This document shows, piece by piece, positions 7,388-11,825 of a stretch of DNA of 11,825 nucleotides. The notes below the pieces were generated by a model. The model saw only the letters and a program-made list of their open reading frames with translations. It did no database searches and was not told the origin of the DNA. This DNA is from Promethearchaeota archaeon (lineage in GTDB: Archaea; Asgardarchaeota; Lokiarchaeia; Sigyniarchaeales; SOKP01), in assembly GCA_048940645.1 (NCBI GenBank), contig JBHLOI010000085.1:1-11825 (forward strand), given 5' to 3'. How positions within the stretch are numbered: position 1 is the first letter of the stretch; each line of letters opens with the position of its first letter. The translations under genes were made by a program, and so were the position numbers.

Positions 7388-8734
7388 ATGCCAAAATTTT
7401 CTAAAGAACCATTAAGGGGTATGGAAGATTTTTACCCCGATGATTTACGTCAATTGAATTGGATAATCGATACTATAAGAGATGTTGCAGAGCGTTATGG
7501 TTATGAAGAGTTTGAAACTCCTCGATTAGAGCCAATTGAAATCTTTGCTGCAAAATCTTCTGATGAATTAGTAAATGAGCAATCTTTCATAGTTGAGAAG
7601 AAGAAAGGAGAAAAATTGATTTTAATTCCTGAACTCACTCCATCTTTAGCTCGGATTGTTGCTAAGAAAAGCCAAGAATTAAAAAAGCCTATCAGATGGT
7701 ATTCGGTTCCAACATGTTATAGATATGAAAGACCTCAAAGAGGCAGAAGGCGTGAATTTAAACAAATTAACATAGATATACTTGGTGATGATAGTTTATA
7801 TGCAGATCTAGAGATTTTTAATATTATTGTTGATATTTTTAAAGAATTCGGTGCTACTCCGGCACAATTTCAAATATGTTATAATAACCGACGTTTTATA
7901 GATTCGGTATGTAATATTATACTAGAAATGAATAAGAAAAAGTTACCAATACTCTACAAAGTACTCGATAAATCTGATAAGATGGATGAGGATGATTTTG
8001 AAAAATACGTGATTGATACTTTTCAAGACGAGACAATAATTCAAGGTATCTTCAAACTAAAAGATTCAAATAGTGTAAGTAATTTATTAGAGAAGTTTGA
8101 TAATATACCTGAAGGGTTTTATAATTCCAATGGGTATAAAGAATTAATCACATTTGAAAAGTACTTAAAAGAAATAGGGATTTCGGACTACTGTACTTTT
8201 TCATCCAGCGTTGTGAGAGGCTTAGATTATTATACTGGAATTGTTTATGAAGTTTTTGATACTGGCAAAGAAAATATAAGAAGTATTTTTGGTGGGGGCC
8301 GATATGATGACTTATTATCGTTATTTTCTGATGAAAAGATATCTGGTACTGGTTTTGGGATGGGTGTTTTAATGCTAAACTTATTTTTAGAAACCTATAA
8401 CTTAATTCCTAAAGAAGTTAGAGAAAAAGACTATACCGATACAGTCTACATCGCCTCAATCGACGAAACTGTATCATTATACGCTTTTAAAATTGGTCAA
8501 ATTATCCGTAATGAGGAAATTCCTTGTTTAATTGATTTTAGGTTTAAAAATTTGAAGAATCAACTTAGTAAAGCAAATGAATTAGGTGTTTTGATTACCT
8601 TAATTATTGGAGCTAAAGAAATGAATAAAAATGAAGTAACAGTAAGAAATATGAAAACTGAGAAACAGGTAACAATTAAAATCGATAAACTTATAGAAGA
8701 ATTCTACAATATTTTAGATGAATTCGCCGAATAA
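7388..8734 (+). CDS. hisS: Histidyl-tRNA synthetase
   Basis: Motifs RGMEDF, ETPxLE, PELT, YRYERPQRGRRREFKQ (motif 2), VRGLDYYTG, GGGRYDDL and GFGMG, plus a C-terminal anticodon-binding domain (absent from HisZ). TATA-like TATATATA about 30 nt upstream. Confidence 0.97.
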   Translation: MPKFSKEPLRGMEDFYPDDLRQLNWIIDTIRDVAERYGYEEFETPRLEPIEIFAAKSSDELVNEQSFIVEKKKGEKLILIPELTPSLARIVAKKSQELKKPIRWYSVPTCYRYERPQRGRRREFKQINIDILGDDSLYADLEIFNIIVDIFKEFGATPAQFQICYNNRRFIDSVCNIILEMNKKKLPILYKVLDKSDKMDEDDFEKYVIDTFQDETIIQGIFKLKDSNSVSNLLEKFDNIPEGFYNSNGYKELITFEKYLKEIGISDYCTFSSSVVRGLDYYTGIVYEVFDTGKENIRSIFGGGRYDDLLSLFSDEKISGTGFGMGVLMLNLFLETYNLIPKEVREKDYTDTVYIASIDETVSLYAFKIGQIIRNEEIPCLIDFRFKNLKNQLSKANELGVLITLIIGAKEMNKNEVTVRNMKTEKQVTIKIDKLIEEFYNILDEFAE

Positions 8735-8778
8735 AACCAACATTTCTATTATTTAAAATGAAAAAACATTTTAAATAA

Positions 8779-8792
8779 TGAATAATTATTCA
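8779..8792. promoter_or_regulatory. Perfect palindrome TGAATAATTATTCA, putative repressor operator downstream of TATA box TTTAAATA (8770-8777)
   Basis: 14-bp perfect inverted repeat seen directly. Near-identical copies at 10524-10537 and 10586-10599. Confidence 0.6.
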
Positions 8793-8836
8793 ATATATAA
8801 TTATAAAAATCTAATTTAGGAAGAGGCGAAAGTAGA

Positions 8837-9304
8837 ATAACTAAAGATAAGTTTGATAATTTTGTAAATGATATTGAAAAAAAAATTATAAAAAAAGAGA
8901 TTGAACAATATAATGAAACTATTGTTAATTTATTTAATAATCCTATAAATTGGGGAAAACTCCCAGAAGAAGATATTTCAGTCTCACAATCTTATACTGG
9001 CCCTTGTAGAGATAAAATGCAATTCTTTTTAAAAATTAATAATAATATAATCGAAAGGGCGAATTTTGTAACAGACGGTTGCGGTGCGTCTGTTGCAACA
9101 GCAAGTCAAACAACTATTCTCATTGAAGGTAGATCTATAGATTTTGCAGAAAAGCTAAAACCAATAGACGTTGATCGAGCTCTGAATGGTTTACCAGAAG
9201 ATCATAAGCACTGCGCAGAATTAGCAGTAAGAACTTTGAAACGTGCGATAAAAAAATATAAAGATAATCTACAGCATGAAATTAAAAATAATGAAGATCT
9301 GTAA
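8837..9304 (+). CDS. IscU/NifU-N-like Fe-S cluster scaffold protein; probable start at ATA 8837 (ORF track starts at internal ATG 9017)
   Basis: The frame is open from 8807. Upstream of 9017 it reads ITKDKFDNFVNDIEKKIIKKEIEQYNETIVNLFNNPINWGKL...YTGPCRDKM, supplying the NPxNxG motif and the first Cys. Downstream are DGCGASVATAS and LNGLPEDHKHCAELA. SD-like GAGGCGA at 8823-8829. The family call is strong; the exact start is less certain. Confidence 0.85.
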   Translation: MTKDKFDNFVNDIEKKIIKKEIEQYNETIVNLFNNPINWGKLPEEDISVSQSYTGPCRDKMQFFLKINNNIIERANFVTDGCGASVATASQTTILIEGRSIDFAEKLKPIDVDRALNGLPEDHKHCAELAVRTLKRAIKKYKDNLQHEIKNNEDL

Positions 9305-9346
9305 TAAAAACCATTTTCTAAGAAAATAACAAAAAAAATTAGACAA

Positions 9347-10279
9347 ATGAGGCATATCTATGGTCCTGTTCCCAGCAGAAGATTAGGAAGATCGTTAGGA
9401 ATTGATCCTATTCCTTCAAAGACTTGTAATTATCAATGTATTTATTGCCAATTAGGAAAAACAACGAATTTTACAAATGATAGGAAAAATTATCTCCCAA
9501 AAAATGAAATAATTGCCGAAATGAAGGAAGCCATTAAAAAAAATGAAGCAAATATTGATTATATAACATTTGTAGGAAGTGGAGAACCTACTTTATATAA
9601 GGATTTAAGAGAATTGATATTAAAGGCTAAGCGTTTCTCAAATAAACCCATCTGTGTTATTACAAATGGAGGTTTATTATATAATAAAGAGGTTAAGAAT
9701 GCATTATTGCTTGCTGATGTTATTCTTCCTAGCTTAGATGCTGGAGATGAAAAATCTTTCATTAAAATAAACCGACCTCATCCATCTATTAAATTTAAAT
9801 CATTAATTCAAGGATTTACTGACTTTAAGAAAAGTTTTACAGGTAAATTCTGGATAGAGATAATGTTAATGAATGGAATTAACGATTCAAAAGACAGTTT
9901 ATTAAAGATAAAGGAGAAAATTGATTTAATTAAGCCAGATAGAATCGATATAAATGTTCCTATTAGACCTCCCACTGAGGATTGGGTTAAAATTCCGAAT
10001 AAAAATATTATTTCACTTTTAAATGAATTATTTAGTGAATTTAATAATATTAATTTTCCAGAGATCGGAAAATTTGGTTTTTATTCCTCTGATTTCGAAG
10101 AAGAAGTTTTATCGATAATTAAAAGACATCCAATGAGACAAGAACAGATTCTGGAAACCTTTTCTTCTATTAGATTAAATAAAAATAATATAATATCGAG
10201 ATTAGAAAAACTTGAATCGCAGAATAAGATTGAAAAGATAACTTATTTAAACAATACTTATTGGAAATTAAAGATATAA
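9347..10279 (+). CDS. Radical SAM protein, COG0731/TYW1-like family, function unknown
   Basis: Motifs YGPVPSRRLGRSLGID, CNYQCIYC (CxxxCxxC), TFVGSGEPTL, ITNG, PSLDA..F..INRP and EIMLxxGIND. Confidence 0.92.
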   Translation: MRHIYGPVPSRRLGRSLGIDPIPSKTCNYQCIYCQLGKTTNFTNDRKNYLPKNEIIAEMKEAIKKNEANIDYITFVGSGEPTLYKDLRELILKAKRFSNKPICVITNGGLLYNKEVKNALLLADVILPSLDAGDEKSFIKINRPHPSIKFKSLIQGFTDFKKSFTGKFWIEIMLMNGINDSKDSLLKIKEKIDLIKPDRIDINVPIRPPTEDWVKIPNKNIISLLNELFSEFNNINFPEIGKFGFYSSDFEEEVLSIIKRHPMRQEQILETFSSIRLNKNNIISRLEKLESQNKIEKITYLNNTYWKLKI

Positions 10280-10299
10280 ATAAAATTTAATAATAATAC

Positions 10300-10500
10300 T
10301 TATAAAACCCCGTTTTTTAATTTTGTGAAGCAATCTTCACATAAAAAAATCCTTCGCATTTTATTGGAGTCCCATACCATATGACCAGATTTATTTTTAG
10401 TTTCACAACCCCAACACATCTTAAATACTTTGGAATTAACAAAATATTCATCTGTTGTTTTAAAAGTATCACCTTTAATTATTTCTTTATAACTTCTCAT
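10300..10500 (-). CDS. Small (66 aa) putative zinc-binding protein with two CxxC motifs
   Basis: CWGC-x21-CEDC. ATG start; fills an otherwise empty interval, and its stop converges on the radical SAM stop 20 nt away. Confidence 0.65.
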   Translation of the reverse strand: MRSYKEIIKGDTFKTTDEYFVNSKVFKMCWGCETKNKSGHMVWDSNKMRRIFLCEDCFTKLKNGVL

Positions 10501-10523
10501 TTCTACTCAAATCTTAATAATTC

Positions 10524-10537
10524 TGAATAAATATTCG
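10524..10537. promoter_or_regulatory. Degenerate operator palindrome TGAATAAATATTCG
   Basis: 12/14 match to TGAATAATTATTCA, 23 nt upstream of the small CxxC gene start. Confidence 0.4.
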
Positions 10538-10585
10538 CTATCAATAAATTATGTAAAATAATTGCGAAATACTATTTAAGTATTA

Positions 10586-10599
10586 TGAATGATTATTCA
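10586..10599. promoter_or_regulatory. Operator palindrome TGAATGATTATTCA downstream of TATA-like TTTAAGTA (10575-10582)
   Basis: 13/14 match to the 8779 copy, and 15/16 including flanks (ATGAATRATTATTCAA). Confidence 0.55.
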
Positions 10600-10737
10600 A
10601 ATTAAATTTCATGTAATAAAATAGTGAAGGTTCTTTTGTTGTAATTAAAGCTACTAAATAATTAATTATTAAGGGATCTTAAGTATATAATATTGAAACT
10701 GAGTCCTTTCTTAAATTAATCGAGGTTTAAAAATAAT

Positions 10738-11706
10738 ATGAGTAATTGGTTAAAAAAATTGGAATATGATCCCTTATCCAGTTTATCGAGTACAAAAAAT
10801 AAAGCAATTCAATATTTCATCAAGCGAGATTTATTAGAAGAGAAAGTTGAGCCAATCAAAACGATTTGGAAAGAACTATACGCACAAAAAATAATACAGA
10901 AGCAATTAAGCGATGGATCTTGGAAACCAAAAGGTAAACCTAGCCAATATAACGAGAATAGGCACCTATGGGCGGTTTTTAAAAATCTAAGGGAGTTGGT
11001 ACCTAAATACGGCTTAAATAAAAAACATGAGTGTGCGCGAAAAGCCGCCGAGTTCATTTTCAGATGTCAAACAGAAGAAGGTGATATTAGAGGTATTTAC
11101 GCCAATCAGTACATGACTAATTACATGGGTGCATTGATGGAACTCTTAAATAAGGCGGAGTTTCACGACGATCCCAGAATAGAAAAAGGATTTCAATGGT
11201 TTATCTCGATGAGGCACACGGATGGAGGTTGGGGTTTGCCTATGTTAACAAAATCCCATAGTTGGCAAGATTTTTATGCCTTACCCGAGCCAATATCTCC
11301 TGATAAAACGAAACCTTCCTCGCACTGGTTAACTGGAATGGTGTTGCGAGCGTTTGCAGCTCACCCTAATTACAAAAATTGTAATGAGGCAAAAGAGGCT
11401 GGAAATCTTCTAATTTCCCGATTTTTTCAAAAAGATAAATATAGCTCACGACAAGATAGAAGTTATTGGGTCAAATTTTACATTCCATTTTTTTGGACCG
11501 ACCTTTTATCATCTTTGGATACCGTTTCAAAGCTTGGATTTTCTAAAGACGAACCTAAGATTACAGAAGGGCTTCAATACTTTATAGACGAGCAACAATC
11601 AAATGGACGCTGGGGTTTGCACTTTATGATGATGAAGAACGATCCTGACAATTCTTATTGGTTCGATTTGGAGGTCTGCCGCGTTTTTAAGAGGTTTTAT
11701 GGTTAA
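10738..11706 (+). CDS. Prenyltransferase/squalene-cyclase-repeat (QW-motif) alpha/alpha-barrel protein, function unknown
   Basis: Repeated QxxDGxW-like motifs: QLSDGSW, QTEEGDI, RHTDGGW and QQSNGRW, each preceded by an amphipathic helix (KAAEFIF, KGFQWFI, EGLQYFI). SD GAGGT at 10722-10726. Confidence 0.8.
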   Translation: MSNWLKKLEYDPLSSLSSTKNKAIQYFIKRDLLEEKVEPIKTIWKELYAQKIIQKQLSDGSWKPKGKPSQYNENRHLWAVFKNLRELVPKYGLNKKHECARKAAEFIFRCQTEEGDIRGIYANQYMTNYMGALMELLNKAEFHDDPRIEKGFQWFISMRHTDGGWGLPMLTKSHSWQDFYALPEPISPDKTKPSSHWLTGMVLRAFAAHPNYKNCNEAKEAGNLLISRFFQKDKYSSRQDRSYWVKFYIPFFWTDLLSSLDTVSKLGFSKDEPKITEGLQYFIDEQQSNGRWGLHFMMMKNDPDNSYWFDLEVCRVFKRFYG

Positions 11707-11825
11707 TTTTAAATCATTGCTTATTAATTTAAAGATTTGATTTCAATAAGAAGGCATTCCCATCACTAATTTTTTTAAAAAACAACTCCTATTTATATTA
11801 AGATAGAAAATTTTATGAGATTTAA

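Noticed and set aside
7619-7639. HisS motif reads LIPELT rather than the common LRPE(L/M)T
   Set aside because: A single substitution with all other catalytic motifs and the anticodon domain intact; no evidence of altered function.
9017-9304. 95-aa version of the IscU-like ORF from the track
   Set aside because: It omits the NPxNxG motif and the first cluster Cys, which are in frame upstream.
9347-10279. Call as TYW1/Taw1 wyosine synthase
   Set aside because: Lacks the extra Cys ligands for the auxiliary cluster and matches the broader uncharacterised YGPVPSRRLG subfamily.
10657-10670. Perfect 14-bp palindrome AATAATTAATTATT
   Set aside because: All A/T and single copy, so likely chance in a very AT-rich spacer.
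9559-11057. Minus-strand ORFs 9559-9762 and 10809-11057
   Set aside because: Antisense shadows of the radical SAM and QW-repeat genes.
1-11825. tRNA, rRNA, CRISPR array, IS element or tandem repeats
   Set aside because: Intergenic regions are short and AT-rich, with no cloverleaf, regularly spaced repeats, transposase or terminal inverted repeats visible.

Overview
AT-rich prokaryotic window, very likely archaeal: there are TATA/BRE-like promoters, GAGGTGA/GGAGTTGA Shine-Dalgarno sites and apparently leaderless starts. The style fits an anaerobic Asgard/Lokiarchaeia-like genome, which is inference only. Bases 1-7211 form a catabolic block of three units: (i) a minus-strand 2-oxoacid:ferredoxin oxidoreductase operon (ferredoxin/delta, alpha, truncated beta); (ii) a divergent plus-strand pair of a CCG-domain protein and a LutB-like LUD/Fe-S protein; (iii) a converging minus-strand operon of a fold-type III PLP enzyme (DSD1-like), RidA and a split UxaA-family dehydratase. 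Each entry chemistry can yield a 2-oxo acid, and several enzymes have unusual active-site motifs, which suggests an undescribed 2-oxo-acid funnel. The right half holds hisS, an IscU-like gene whose conserved frame starts at a non-canonical ATA (missed by the ORF track), a COG0731-type radical SAM gene, a small CxxC/CxxC protein and a QW-repeat alpha/alpha-barrel protein with atypical codon usage. Three copies of a TGAATAATTATTCA-type palindrome resembling ArsR/SmtB operators lie in the promoter regions of the genes after hisS. No RNA genes, CRISPR arrays or mobile elements were seen.
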